Positions 1 through 9,566 of a stretch of 64,000 nucleotides of DNA are shown here, in pieces. The notes beneath the pieces were generated by a model. That model saw only the letters and a program-made list of their open reading frames with translations, made no database searches and was not told where the DNA came from. Source of the stretch: Candidatus Latescibacterota bacterium (GTDB lineage: Bacteria; Latescibacterota; UBA2968). Each line of letters opens with the position of its first letter. Position 1 is the first letter of the stretch. The position numbers and the translations under genes were made by a program. Location: assembly GCA_965116885.1 (NCBI GenBank), contig OZ220741.1, positions 1,696,001 to 1,760,000 on the forward strand, in the 5' to 3' direction.

Positions 1-2
1 CT

Positions 3-1526
3 TCTAAAATACAGGGTATAAATCAAGGTATCGTCGTTGGCATCACCGGCAGTCCAATCAATTTTCCACATGCCTTTTTCCATAAATTCCGGATTTTCAC
101 CTTCGTTGCCAGACAGATCGGCCTCGGCTTTAACCCTTAATATTCTGGGATGAACATTGTCTTGCAAGCCCGCGAGTTTGATAAAACGCACCAGAGGTGT
201 CGCATTTTCTGATTGTGTCTTCAAAACCAACCGATATTGCAAAAAGCGCCCAGGGCGACTGGTAATGGGTTTTCCCGATGTGGTGATTGGCTCTGACCAC
301 GCGCTCCATGTATCATCGGGTTCTTCGCTATTGCCGGATCGCGTTTGAACAGCGACTGATGTTTTTGCTGGTGTTTCGCTTTGCCATGATACGCGCCCCC
401 AATGCGATACCCGATCAAAATCCTGTGGTTCAGAAGTGAGTTGCCCTTCTCTGACAAATTCTTTTTTTATTCGATAAATTTCACCGGATCCACTGCATCC
501 AATCCACAGTGCATTGTTGTGCGCGGCAGCCATAACCCAGGGATTCACATCTTTTAATACTGTGAGCAAAGTGGCGTTGCCATCGGGCCAAACGCGATGT
601 ACGCGGCCGTGTTTTCCCGTGACTACTGTTACTGTTCCATTGGCATTAATTACAGAATCTAACAACATCGGATCATTCGTATTCCACAGTCGCATTGCCA
701 ATCCCGAAGGTTGGATCGCATACAGTGTTGCACCGGATTGATCTGATCCTTTTTGCTCTCTCCCATTTCCTTCTGTTCGACCGCTTTGCGCCATCGCTGT
801 TGCGTAAATTGTGCCATTGGGCATTACACTCAGCGAGTGAATCTCTTTTTCCCGGGCATCGTAAAGCACATCTGTACCACCCTGATCGCGCACCCGATAA
901 ATCAGGCCGCTGTTGTCTGTGCCCGCATAAATTTCGCCTTGAGCACCTATCGCGAGCGATACCACATTGGGGTCCTTGCTCGCGTACAGTGCGACGACTT
1001 TGCCCTGTTTGTCAATTTTCAAAACGCGCCCGCGGTCGCCGCCTGTACCCGCGTATAATCCACCGCCCGGACGTGCGACTATTGCAAATACATGGCGATC
1101 ACCTGTCTGACAAAATTCCGTGGGTTCTCGCCCTGGTGCGATGCGATAAATCAGCCCGTCTGGCGATGTGCCTGCATAGAGCGCGCCATCTATACCAATG
1201 GCGAGGCTAAATATGTGAACTTCAGGGGAATCAAATAACAATTCTGCCCGATCGCTGTCGGGCTTGAGCATGTAGATTCGACCTTCGTTGCCGGTTCCGA
1301 TGTACAGGGTTTTGTTTTTATCTACTGATAGTGCCCACACAAAGTCTTCACCTGTATCTGCTACCCATTTATAAGATGGTGCTAACGTCACTGTGCCTTC
1401 CCGCGTGAGCGACACGCCATCGGGTTCTCCTTTCAGGAAAGCCGTCTGTGAATCTTCTCGCCAAATTTTGGGCGACACTGCGTTTGCGATTGTTCCAAGG
1501 AGGACAAAAAGCAGCACATGTGTCAT
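3..1526 (-). CDS. Secreted beta-propeller (WD40/NHL-like) protein, 3'-partial (runs off window start)
   Basis: Not in ORF track. ATG at 1526 just after the stop of the S55 gene reads MTHVLLFVLGTIANAVSPKIWREDSQTAFLKGEPDGVSLTREGTVTLAP; the same frame at the window edge reads WTAGDANDDTLIYTLYFR. Only the two ends were translated by hand. Resembles the propeller proteins usually paired with S55 peptidases. Confidence 0.75.
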   Translation of the reverse strand, partial: MTHVLLFVLLGTIANAVSPKIWREDSQTAFLKGEPDGVSLTREGTVTLAPSYKWVADTGEDFVWALSVDKNKTLYIGTGNEGRIYMLKPDSDRAELLFDSPEVHIFSLAIGIDGALYAGTSPDGLIYRIAPGREPTEFCQTGDRHVFAIVARPGGGLYAGTGGDRGRVLKIDKQGKVVALYASKDPNVVSLAIGAQGEIYAGTDNSGLIYRVRDQGGTDVLYDAREKEIHSLSVMPNGTIYATAMAQSGRTEGNGREQKGSDQSGATLYAIQPSGLAMRLWNTNDPMLLDSVINANGTVTVVTGKHGRVHRVWPDGNATLLTVLKDVNPWVMAAAHNNALWIGCSGSGEIYRIKKEFVREGQLTSEPQDFDRVSHWGRVSWQSETPAKTSVAVQTRSGNSEEPDDTWSAWSEPITTSGKPITSRPGRFLQYRLVLKTQSENATPLVRFIKLAGLQDNVHPRILRVKAEADLSGNEGENPEFMEKGMWKIDWTAGDANDDTLIYTLYFR

Positions 1527-1542
1527 CCCCGATCTCAATATT

Positions 1543-3315
1543 CTATCTTTTTTCTTCACCCGAACCTCTCCTGCCTGAAAAAGTTGCACTACCGTCTTTG
1601 CCCACGACCAGAAGTGCCGTTTGATTGCCGGTCAAGACATAGTTAGTCCGTACGTGTTTTTGGCTATATACCGACTGCTGTGATTTTTGCACGACATCTG
1701 ATCCGCGCGCCAGCGATAGTGCTGAGAGAACCGACGTGGGCAATCCAGAAATTTCGCGTCCGCCCATTGTCACGCCGGGGCGGGAAGCGATAAATCGCGC
1801 AACGAGTACATCATTGCGTCCCGATTTCTGGATCAGATCAATCAGTTCTTCCAGTGTTTTGGGTTGATATGCGGTGCGTTTTATATCTTGTGACTGCTGT
1901 TGTCGCTCATTCACAACCTGCAATATCAAACGCCCCGGTGTTATAAACTCGGGGATTGGCAGGGCAACATCTACGATTTCGCGCTTGTCCAGCAATGGAG
2001 ATAGGGCAACAGAGACATGTACTGTATCGCCCGGTTCGTATTGCAAACGATCCAATCGCAGCCCCTCAATACGGGCACTTTGGGCGCGTTCCTCAACGGA
2101 TAATTGAAATACAGCCGAGTCTATATTGGCTTCGACAAAAGGATTCTGAATCACTTGTGAAAGGGGTTGTGTTAAGCCCAGCACCGCCAGCCCAAGCCCC
2201 TGAGCACCTGCGTATTTATTTTTTAGAATCACGGGTTCGCGTTTGGGCATGTGCAATGTCAATTGTCCTGCTACAGTGGTTTCACCCGTCAATTTTTCAG
2301 CGGAGATAACGGAGGTTGCTACAGCCATCCGCACCAGTAACGGTCCCAATTCTCTGTGGCGAAATACCTCCATATTAAACGAAGCGTCGTGGTCGGGAGA
2401 TACGACAGAGATACGCACGGGCATCATTTCTGCTTCAGATCCTATCAAGCCAGCAATGCCCGGTGCGCGGTCTTGCAAGATCACACCGATATGTTGCGAT
2501 GCAGTGCCCACCTTAAACGAAAGCATCTGGCTGGAGATTACTTCGTGAATAAATGCTGCGGTCATAGACATGGCCGTGCGGCCACCAAATAACAGGGGAT
2601 GACCAAACCCCACGACTTTATTGCCCACGCGATGCGTCAGCGTGCCGATGCCCGTGACACTGAGGTCGCCCCGAACCAATTGCACGCCCAGAGGTGCGCC
2701 CGGTTCAAATGGACCGACAGACAGGGATGGGTCTGTTCCTCCTCCACCCTGCATGGGCAACAGGCCGTATTTTGACAGTTTTTCGCGAAATTCCGCAACG
2801 ACTTGCGGGGCAAATCCCGAAAGCATCAAAGGTACAGCCACGGGTTTTAGCACACCGCCGTGTACACCTGCTATTTGTCCATCCCAGGGCGCGGATCCAA
2901 ATGTCGCGCTCGACATGGTATCCCGCGATGCGCGCTGGAGTACCGTCATCATCTCGCCAATTGGCGTGATCCCCGCGATTGGCTCTTCGGCGAATGCACC
3001 AATGCTGTAGCCGACTGCGCCGACGAGTTTGCCTTCGATATATACCGGGCTGCCACTCATGCCGGCGATGACGCCGGTTTGCGCCATGGGACCGCCGGAC
3101 AGACGAGCGAGAATCATATCGCTTTTTGGACCAAATACATTGCGTAAGACACCTAATACTTCAACGCCAAATGTATCGATGCGGGTGCCTTGAAATACCG
3201 TGCGCCCCACGCCTTTCATGCCGCGCTGGATATCATCTACGGACATGTACAACTCGGCACTGGTTGATCCATGTAGCATGCAGATCGTTAAAAATGTCAA
3301 AAATCGAGAAAGCAT
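1543..3315 (-). CDS. SpoIVB peptidase S55 domain protein, secreted
   Basis: Signal peptide; GMKGVGRTVFQG, GVIAGMSGSPVY (catalytic Ser motif) and GFGHP motifs typical of S55. Confidence 0.9.
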   Translation of the reverse strand: MLSRFLTFLTICMLHGSTSAELYMSVDDIQRGMKGVGRTVFQGTRIDTFGVEVLGVLRNVFGPKSDMILARLSGGPMAQTGVIAGMSGSPVYIEGKLVGAVGYSIGAFAEEPIAGITPIGEMMTVLQRASRDTMSSATFGSAPWDGQIAGVHGGVLKPVAVPLMLSGFAPQVVAEFREKLSKYGLLPMQGGGGTDPSLSVGPFEPGAPLGVQLVRGDLSVTGIGTLTHRVGNKVVGFGHPLLFGGRTAMSMTAAFIHEVISSQMLSFKVGTASQHIGVILQDRAPGIAGLIGSEAEMMPVRISVVSPDHDASFNMEVFRHRELGPLLVRMAVATSVISAEKLTGETTVAGQLTLHMPKREPVILKNKYAGAQGLGLAVLGLTQPLSQVIQNPFVEANIDSAVFQLSVEERAQSARIEGLRLDRLQYEPGDTVHVSVALSPLLDKREIVDVALPIPEFITPGRLILQVVNERQQQSQDIKRTAYQPKTLEELIDLIQKSGRNDVLVARFIASRPGVTMGGREISGLPTSVLSALSLARGSDVVQKSQQSVYSQKHVRTNYVLTGNQTALLVVGKDGSATFSGRRGSGEEKR

Positions 3316-3435
3316 GCGTTCACTTCCGAGTAGAAGGGGGTGAGAGAAAATTTTTGCATTCTGATATTATACCGTTTTTTGGGGCGGTGAACAAGTTTCT
3401 TGTAAAACATATCTAATCTGTGTATAATGACAAAT

Positions 3436-3906
3436 ATGCAGATCACTTTGCTCACTGTGGGTAAGTTCAAAGACGCGTGTTATCGGGATGCCGCACAAAA
3501 TTATATCAAGCGGCTGCAACACTACGTCGCTTATGATGAGATTGAAGTGCGCGAAGAGCGCGCGGGCAAAAATGCCCGTGTGTCTGATATTATCGAGAAA
3601 GAAGGCCACCGCCTTTTAAGCGCGCTGCATCCAGATGCTACTGTGGTTGCTCTCGGGCCTTCTGGCAAATTGTGTCGTTCTGAAGCCTTAGCCAAACGCT
3701 TGAACCATTTGCGTGTACAAAGAAAAAACCGCCTCGTTTTTCTCATTGGCGGCCCTTTTGGGCTTGCATCTCGAGTTTTGTCGCGTGCAGATTGGCATCT
3801 GTCACTTTCACCTATGACTTTTCCGCACGAATTGGCGCGTGTGATCTTGCTCGAGCAACTCTATCGCGCCTTTACGATTATCAGAGGTGAAAATTACCAC
3901 AAGTGA
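3436..3906 (+). CDS. rlmH: 23S rRNA (pseudouridine1915-N3)-methyltransferase RlmH
   Basis: MQITLLTVGK N-terminus, FLIGGPFG, SLSPMTFPHELARVILLEQLYRA, C-terminal GENYHK. Start set at 3436; TTGTAA-N17-TATAAT (3400-3428) ends 7 nt before this ATG, suggesting a leaderless mRNA. Confidence 0.96.
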   Translation: MQITLLTVGKFKDACYRDAAQNYIKRLQHYVAYDEIEVREERAGKNARVSDIIEKEGHRLLSALHPDATVVALGPSGKLCRSEALAKRLNHLRVQRKNRLVFLIGGPFGLASRVLSRADWHLSLSPMTFPHELARVILLEQLYRAFTIIRGENYHK

Positions 3907-3913
3907 AAAAGCG

Positions 3914-4003
3914 CGAATAGACGAATAGACGAATAGACGAACCCCGCTCCACCACCCAAAATCACTAAAGACTTCGATTCGTAGATTCGCTGATTCACTA
4001 ATC
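3914..4003. repeat. Inverted pair of 8-bp tandem repeat arrays: (CGAATAGA)x3 and degenerate ATTCGTAG/ATTCGCTG/ATTCACTA
   Basis: Read directly at 3914-3941 and 3973-4003. Confidence 0.8.
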
Positions 4004-4005
4004 AG

Positions 4006-4277
4006 CCCGGGGGCAAACGACTCACACAGCCTGGGAGAGATGATTCCGCCGAGAATCCGGCTACGTTGAGTCAACTCGCCCCCGGGTTTTTAACATGTCA
4101 AAACCAAATAAGGGTAAGTCAGTAATGGCGAGTTCGCTTATTCAGAGTACTACAGTGGGAATTGGAATGGGGGAGTTCAGATAAGCAATTCAACACTTAG
4201 ATGACTGGGAAAATCCGATGGGGAATCGGTGTCACCTTACACAACTTGGGGGATTGACGAGTCTTTACCACAAGAAC
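4006..4277 (-). ncRNA. Candidate structured sRNA with repeated UCCC motifs
   Basis: Minus-strand promoter TTGACT-N17-TATCTT (4312-4284); stems pair through G.U only on the minus strand; six TCCC(C)nA motifs; no credible ORF. Confidence 0.55.
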
Positions 4278-4485
4278 GGGCTTAAGATAAGCCATTGTTT
4301 TTTTTAAGTCAAGAGTAGTTTTTTTTATATTTGATATGAGCCAGATATTGTGTGTTGCATCATTATGCCCACAGCCTAATGTGGTCCAGATACTTCTCTT
4401 ACCTTCAGATCGATCAGGTTCAGATTGTGTGGTTGGTCTAAGAGAAACATACGTTTGTAAAAATACAAGCGATGAATCGCATATC

Positions 4486-5763
4486 TTATCTTTTAAATAA
4501 TCGCGTGTACACGGTCGGTTCTTCAAAAATCCCTCCGCTTTGATCGTAGTAGGTCTCATCTAACACATAAGCACCACCTCTGGGTCGCAACCACGATGCA
4601 TTGGGCACGGGATATTCCGAGAGCATGCGATTCCAGGTGCCGTAATTTTCCGGGCCGTTGGATTCCATTAATCCCCCTTTCACACCGGGAAATGCGGGCA
4701 ATCGCGTAGCTACGTTTTTGTTCCATTCCACCAGCACGGGCACACACGCATTATCCGCTACAAAACACGGCACATTAGATAGTGTTGCTGTTTCGATCAT
4801 GCGAAAAGCCAATGACAGGGTTTTACCCGCGGGTTTGATCGCCATAGCACCGTATCCCTGCTCCAATCGGGTGTGTACATCTGCAACAGTTTCGATGCTT
4901 TCATCCCCTGCAAAACGCGCAGGTAAGCCGTGTACATCGATATCTGCTGGGCGGGAAAAGGGTTCTTCAATCAGGACAATGCGATCCAGAATACCTTCTT
5001 TTTTTGCATGGTCCAATAAGCGCGCCATGCTGTTTTTTTCGCCATAACGACCATTGGCATCGAGATAATAGAGCACATGGCCCGAATTGGTCATTTCCGT
5101 TTCGTACTGAGATGCCAGACTGTGAACCCGAGACAGGCAGGCCATGTCTTTTTTTACCATTTCCGTTTCATCTCCCGGATGCCCAATTTTGATTTTTAGT
5201 ATGTACGCCCCGCTATCTAAAATCGCCTGTAATTCATCTATGGGCAGGGTATAACTCACTGCCGGTACAAGCGCGACATGCGATTGACGATGGGATAAAA
5301 ATGAGCGAAATTTTTCTGGGATTAAGGCGTCGAATGCCGCCAATCCCATCCGTTTTGCATGCAAAATCCATGCGGCGTTGTCCAGTGCTACCAGCGCAAT
5401 CAGTGCAAATGTTCGGCGCAAATCCCCATGGCCTGTAATGGCTTTGGCATAAGAAAAGACATCGTTTTCAACGGCGTCAAATAATGCCATCGGGTCGGCA
5501 AATTCTTTTCCCTTGATTTGTTGTAGTGAAAATTCCAGAAGAGATGCTTGAAGCAAATTGCCGCCCATTTCTGTATGTGCAGCAAATACGGCAGCGTCTG
5601 ACCACAGTACAGCCAAACCACCTATCCCAAAAGCCTCATACCCATCGGCATCTTTCAAACGCACGACGAGATTCCACTTTTCGTGAAAAGCCGATCCCTT
5701 AAAAGCAAATGGCCGCGCAAATGGTTCGCGCTGAATTTCTAAATCTGTTTCGACAATACGCAT
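4486..5763 (-). CDS. Enolase-superfamily enzyme (L-Ala-D/L-Glu epimerase / mandelate racemase-like)
   Basis: LKIKIG (KxK), YLDANG, IEEP, GDES metal-ligand pattern; start moved to MRIVETD (5763). Confidence 0.8.
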   Translation of the reverse strand: MRIVETDLEIQREPFARPFAFKGSAFHEKWNLVVRLKDADGYEAFGIGGLAVLWSDAAVFAAHTEMGGNLLQASLLEFSLQQIKGKEFADPMALFDAVENDVFSYAKAITGHGDLRRTFALIALVALDNAAWILHAKRMGLAAFDALIPEKFRSFLSHRQSHVALVPAVSYTLPIDELQAILDSGAYILKIKIGHPGDETEMVKKDMACLSRVHSLASQYETEMTNSGHVLYYLDANGRYGEKNSMARLLDHAKKEGILDRIVLIEEPFSRPADIDVHGLPARFAGDESIETVADVHTRLEQGYGAMAIKPAGKTLSLAFRMIETATLSNVPCFVADNACVPVLVEWNKNVATRLPAFPGVKGGLMESNGPENYGTWNRMLSEYPVPNASWLRPRGGAYVLDETYYDQSGGIFEEPTVYTRLFKR

Positions 5764-5813
5764 TTGTTTGTATCCTTTGATAGGGGACGGTATTAATTCT
5801 TGTATCTTAAAGC

Positions 5814-5837
5814 GGGCGAGGCATGCCTCGCCCCTAC
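5814..5837 (-). repeat. GTAG-type REP palindrome GTAGGGGCGAGGCATGCCTCGCCC
   Basis: Identical copies at 38226-38249 and 62547-62570. Confidence 0.85.
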
Positions 5838-5866
5838 ATCTCACATCTTACCGCCTCTTGCCTTTT

Positions 5867-5895
5867 CATCTGTGTTCATCTGCGTCCATCTGCGG
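5867..5895. repeat. 10-bp tandem repeat CATCTG(C/T)GT(T/C) x3
   Basis: CATCTGTGTT CATCTGCGTC CATCTGCGG read directly. Confidence 0.7.
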
Positions 5896-5922
5896 ATGCT
5901 TTTTCATTCACGGATAATACAC

Positions 5923-6552
5923 ATGCCCAATGCGATTTGCAAGCCCTATATAGTTGGTGTTGCCGGAGGCACCGGTGCGGGTAAGACCACACTGGCTCAC
6001 ATACTTTTAGAGCACCTCGGTGAAGATCGTGCGCTGCGGATTTCCCACGATGCGTATTATCGCGATTTCTCCCATATCCCGGCAGATCAGCGCGCGCAAA
6101 TTAATTTTGATCATCCCGATGTACTCGAAATAGATTTGCTGGTGCAACATCTTCAGGCACTATCCCGCGGGAGGACCGTATTGATACCAACTTATGATTT
6201 TACTACCCATTCCCGTTCTAATAGTACACTTGAGTTATGCCCTCGTCCCATTATTATTGTGGAAGGTATTCTCGTATTGGTCGAACAAATACTGCGCGAT
6301 GTCTTGAATTTGAAAATTTTTGTGGATACTCCGCCAGCTATTCGCTTGATTCGTCGCATCAACCGCGATGTCGATGAACGCGGACGCTCTCCCGAATCAG
6401 TTACCCTTCAATACCTCGAAACTGTGCGTCCCATGCACGATTCTTATGTCGAACCATCCCGAAAATATGCCGATCTTATCGTTTGCGGAGATCGCGATTT
6501 TACCATTGCTGCGGATTTGATTTTGGGGCATCTATGTACCCTGAAAAAATAA
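5923..6552 (+). CDS. udk: Uridine kinase
   Basis: GVAGGTGAGKTT P-loop, HDAYY, NFDHPD, IIVEGIL, RRINRDVDERGR, VRPMH; start moved to MPNAICKP. Confidence 0.93.
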   Translation: MPNAICKPYIVGVAGGTGAGKTTLAHILLEHLGEDRALRISHDAYYRDFSHIPADQRAQINFDHPDVLEIDLLVQHLQALSRGRTVLIPTYDFTTHSRSNSTLELCPRPIIIVEGILVLVEQILRDVLNLKIFVDTPPAIRLIRRINRDVDERGRSPESVTLQYLETVRPMHDSYVEPSRKYADLIVCGDRDFTIAADLILGHLCTLKK

Positions 6553-6577
6553 AGGGGAGATCTTTTGAGATCTCCCC
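6545..6577 (-). terminator. Intrinsic terminator between convergent udk and porin genes
   Basis: GGGGAGATCT-N4-AGATCTCCCC with an A-run on the left (U-tract on the minus strand). Confidence 0.7.
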
Positions 6578-6655
6578 CACCTCGCCTGGTCGCACCTGAT
6601 TAACCACGCCACGAAGCAAACCAGAAATGCTGACCCGGGTCGAGAATTGAATAAC

Positions 6656-7384
6656 TTACTGCCCAAATCCGATGCTCACGCCTCCCCAAATGGTGCTGTT
6701 GTCGGGGTTGATTTTTGTATCGGCATAAGAAAATGCAAGGGTTGGTGCAATCGAAATTGCGCAAGCATTACAACTGAGAGAAGCTGTAATCGTGACATCG
6801 TTAAAACCCGTTTTATCTTCGTAGCTACTCATTGCAACACTTGCACCGATATTCAATACTTGCCCCTCTTCTGAGCCGAGCGGAATGTCATAGCCACCCG
6901 ACAAAGACACGTACCATGCCTCAACCAGACCAAAGTCGTAATAAAATGTCACTGCCGGTGATATGGCGTTATCCAGAGAAAGCCCAATATAAGCTTCTTG
7001 TGAGAGATTTGAGTCTTCATCCGCACTGGGGAATACATATTGAATATAACCAATGGAAATACCCAGGCCCATGTCGTCGCTCAAGGACCTCGAATAGTCG
7101 GCATAAAAGTCGAGTTCATCGACATTTTGGGTTTGGGTATCGGGATTTCTGTCATCAATGCGGTCCTGCACAAACCACGATCCCCACGCACCTATAGACA
7201 AACCCGTTTCACCGAATCCCACCTCAATGCCCGGCTGGGCCACGATTTTGTCATCGGCTCCGAGCACATAACCACGCCAAATATATCCCGTATAGCTATC
7301 CAGCGTAATACCGACCGACATCTGAGCATGTGCGGGGGCGATTAGAAAAATTCCTGCAAGCAAAATGCCACATAATTTCTTCAT
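6656..7384 (-). CDS. TorF/Gcw_chp-like outer-membrane beta-barrel (putative porin)
   Basis: Signal peptide AHA; YIWRG, QPGIE, IGAWGS, ELDFY, YIQYVFP motifs; C-terminal beta-strand. Confidence 0.75.
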   Translation of the reverse strand: MKKLCGILLAGIFLIAPAHAQMSVGITLDSYTGYIWRGYVLGADDKIVAQPGIEVGFGETGLSIGAWGSWFVQDRIDDRNPDTQTQNVDELDFYADYSRSLSDDMGLGISIGYIQYVFPSADEDSNLSQEAYIGLSLDNAISPAVTFYYDFGLVEAWYVSLSGGYDIPLGSEEGQVLNIGASVAMSSYEDKTGFNDVTITASLSCNACAISIAPTLAFSYADTKINPDNSTIWGGVSIGFGQ

Positions 7385-7603
7385 AAGTCCCTCCTGACGA
7401 GTTTATACACAGTGATGCTATGACCTGTATGCAAAATTTTGTGGCGTACACACAGACCATATTTTGAATTTTGACACTTTTAGTTTTTCATTTTCTCCTT
7501 TCTAAGAATATATGCGGAAGATGTTTCATTGGGGTTTCTTAAACATAAAAAAAAATGAAATAAAAACCAAAAATACGTCCAATGTTTCAAGTGTGTAAAC
7601 GGC

Positions 7604-9289
7604 TTAAAAATAATAAATCAAATAAATTGCGAGAAAAATAATTGCGATGAGCACATTGCTTTGCGATAACCACGAACGGCCAAATAGGCCTCTATTATTG
7701 TGTTGTGTCTGAATAGTTGCAATGAGTTTTCGAACCCCTGCCTTTCCATTCTGAAAAAAGGCATTGACGAGCGGTCCACCTGTGTGGATCGTGGCGCGAA
7801 TACCTTTGGGTAGGGCGCGTCGGTAAATCCAGTCGAAGTCGAGATTGACACTGGGTTGTTCGGCTGGGTACCTGCCCGTTAGCATAAGGAAGGCAAATGC
7901 CAGCACGCCGTAGAAGACCAGTTGAAGTTGGAGCACGACATGGGTCGTGGTATAGGGCATGTAATCTATCGGATGCGGCAATAAGTTGTAGAGCAGCGGA
8001 GGATAAGCGCCTATGACCACACAGAGTATGGCTGAGATCGTCATGGCGATTCGCATGTTGAGGGGTGCTTCAGAACAGCGGATGCCTGCGTCGTGCGCGA
8101 AGAAAGAAAAAAATGGAATTTTGACACCTGCGTGGTGAAGCACGCCTGCCGATGCTGCTAACAGCACCAGCCAGATTGTCACAGCACCCATGTCGGCGAC
8201 GCCTTGCATAACCATGGGCTTGCTGATGAATGCATTGAATAGCGGAAGCGCGGAAATTGACGCGGCGCCTATCAGACAACAGGCACAGGTCCAGGGCATG
8301 GACTTGTAAAGTCCACCCAGGTCTGTGGCATTCATACGCCCGGTGCGATACAAGACAGCACCCATAGACATAAACAGTAGCCCTTTGAAGATCACGTCAT
8401 TGAATGCATGCGATACTGCGCCGTTAATACCCAGTGCGCCTCCCACGCCAATGCCGACGACCATAAATCCGATCTGGTTGATCATGCTATAGCTCAACAC
8501 GCGGCGCAGATCGTTTTCGATAACGGCAAAGAAAACCGGAAATATGGTCATGATCGCGCCGATGTAGATGAGCAGGTCTTCGCCGGCAAATCCGCGCGCG
8601 AGGGCATATACAGCGGCTTTGGTAGTGAATGCACTCAAAAATACGGTGCCTACGGGCGTGGATTCTGGATAGGCGTCAATCAGCCAGTTGTGGAGCAGGG
8701 GAAAGGCGCATTTGATTCCAAAGGATAGAAATATCAGGTAGTGATGTCCCTCATTTAGGCCGATGTGATCAAAGGCGAGAGATTTTGTGTGCAAAAAGTA
8801 GAATACCGCGCCGAGCAGGAGTAGCAAGCCCGAAGAGATGTGCATGACCAGATAGCGCATTCCCGACCGCAGTGCGCGCTCACCGCCGCGCGCCCACACG
8901 AGGAATACCGATGTGATCGCCAGCAATTCCCAGAAGATGAACAGGGTGATTAGATCGCCGGCAAATACCGCTCCAACCGCGGATCCCGCGTAGATTAATC
9001 CCGTGCCGATCTGCAACCGGTCTTTGAGGTGTAGCGCGTAAATTGCGCCGATAAAAGCCGCCAGATGGAAGAGGTAGCCAAATAGCATGCTCAAGCGATC
9101 TGCACGCAGTACGGTCAGTTCGTAGCCGCCATAGGTGATGTGCCACAGGGTGCCATCGGCAATGGTCAGCAGGTTTAAAAATCCGAGCACGGGCAAGCAT
9201 ATCGACGCGATGCGGCGCGGTGTGGTTGGCAGGCAAAATAATAACAGACCGCCCATGAGCAGGATTAGTGCGGGATGAATCTCACTCAT
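7604..9289 (-). CDS. mrpD: Mrp/Mnh Na+/H+ antiporter subunit D-like (third copy)
   Basis: FWE, IKCAFPLLHNWLIDAYPE, RRVLSYS, HAFNDVIFKGLLF; proton-antipo_M fold. Confidence 0.88.
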   Translation of the reverse strand: MSEIHPALILLMGGLLLFCLPTTPRRIASICLPVLGFLNLLTIADGTLWHITYGGYELTVLRADRLSMLFGYLFHLAAFIGAIYALHLKDRLQIGTGLIYAGSAVGAVFAGDLITLFIFWELLAITSVFLVWARGGERALRSGMRYLVMHISSGLLLLLGAVFYFLHTKSLAFDHIGLNEGHHYLIFLSFGIKCAFPLLHNWLIDAYPESTPVGTVFLSAFTTKAAVYALARGFAGEDLLIYIGAIMTIFPVFFAVIENDLRRVLSYSMINQIGFMVVGIGVGGALGINGAVSHAFNDVIFKGLLFMSMGAVLYRTGRMNATDLGGLYKSMPWTCACCLIGAASISALPLFNAFISKPMVMQGVADMGAVTIWLVLLAASAGVLHHAGVKIPFFSFFAHDAGIRCSEAPLNMRIAMTISAILCVVIGAYPPLLYNLLPHPIDYMPYTTTHVVLQLQLVFYGVLAFAFLMLTGRYPAEQPSVNLDFDWIYRRALPKGIRATIHTGGPLVNAFFQNGKAGVRKLIATIQTQHNNRGLFGRSWLSQSNVLIAIIFLAIYLIYYF

Positions 9290-9566
9290 CGTAATAGTCC
9301 TCTGATCGCATGATCATTTTTCGCAAGGGTATGGCCCCCATGACGATCAATGTGCAGGCGACGAATCCGTAAATGGCGTAAAATCCAAACCAGCCTTCAA
9401 CTGGCAACTCGCCTTCGGCAAACGTCAGGTGCCGATGCACGATGAGGTCGGTCAGGATCAATAACGCACAACAGACAAAAAAGCAGAGAATCAAGCGGCG
9501 CACATTGCCGGGATTGTCAAAAATATGTGGGCGTTCATTCGCATCAGGATATTCGGAATGGTTCAT
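9282..9566 (-). CDS. Small two-TM hypothetical protein within the mrp operon
   Basis: Overlaps both neighbours; two hydrophobic helices; GFYAIYGFVAC and RSEDYYDE C-terminus. Confidence 0.8.
   Translation of the reverse strand: MNHSEYPDANERPHIFDNPGNVRRLILCFFVCCALLILTDLIVHRHLTFAEGELPVEGWFGFYAIYGFVACTLIVMGAIPLRKMIMRSEDYYDE

Noticed and set aside
3938..4090. tRNA, tRNA-Sec, tmRNA or glycine/c-di-GMP riboswitch suggested by CTCCACCA, GGAGAGA and GGCAAAC
   Set aside because: No cloverleaf or T-loop, and remaining consensus elements are absent.
3880..4480. rlmH 3' end as an integration site (SCCmec-like island)
   Set aside because: No recombinase gene or duplicated att sequence seen downstream.
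4197..4559. 120-aa minus-strand ORF
   Set aside because: No RBS or recognisable domain; overlaps the enolase gene end and the predicted promoter and RNA.
7428..7500. Sigma54 promoter and MKN mini-ORF upstream of the porin gene
   Set aside because: The -24 GG and spacing do not fit; a three-codon ORF alone is not supportable.
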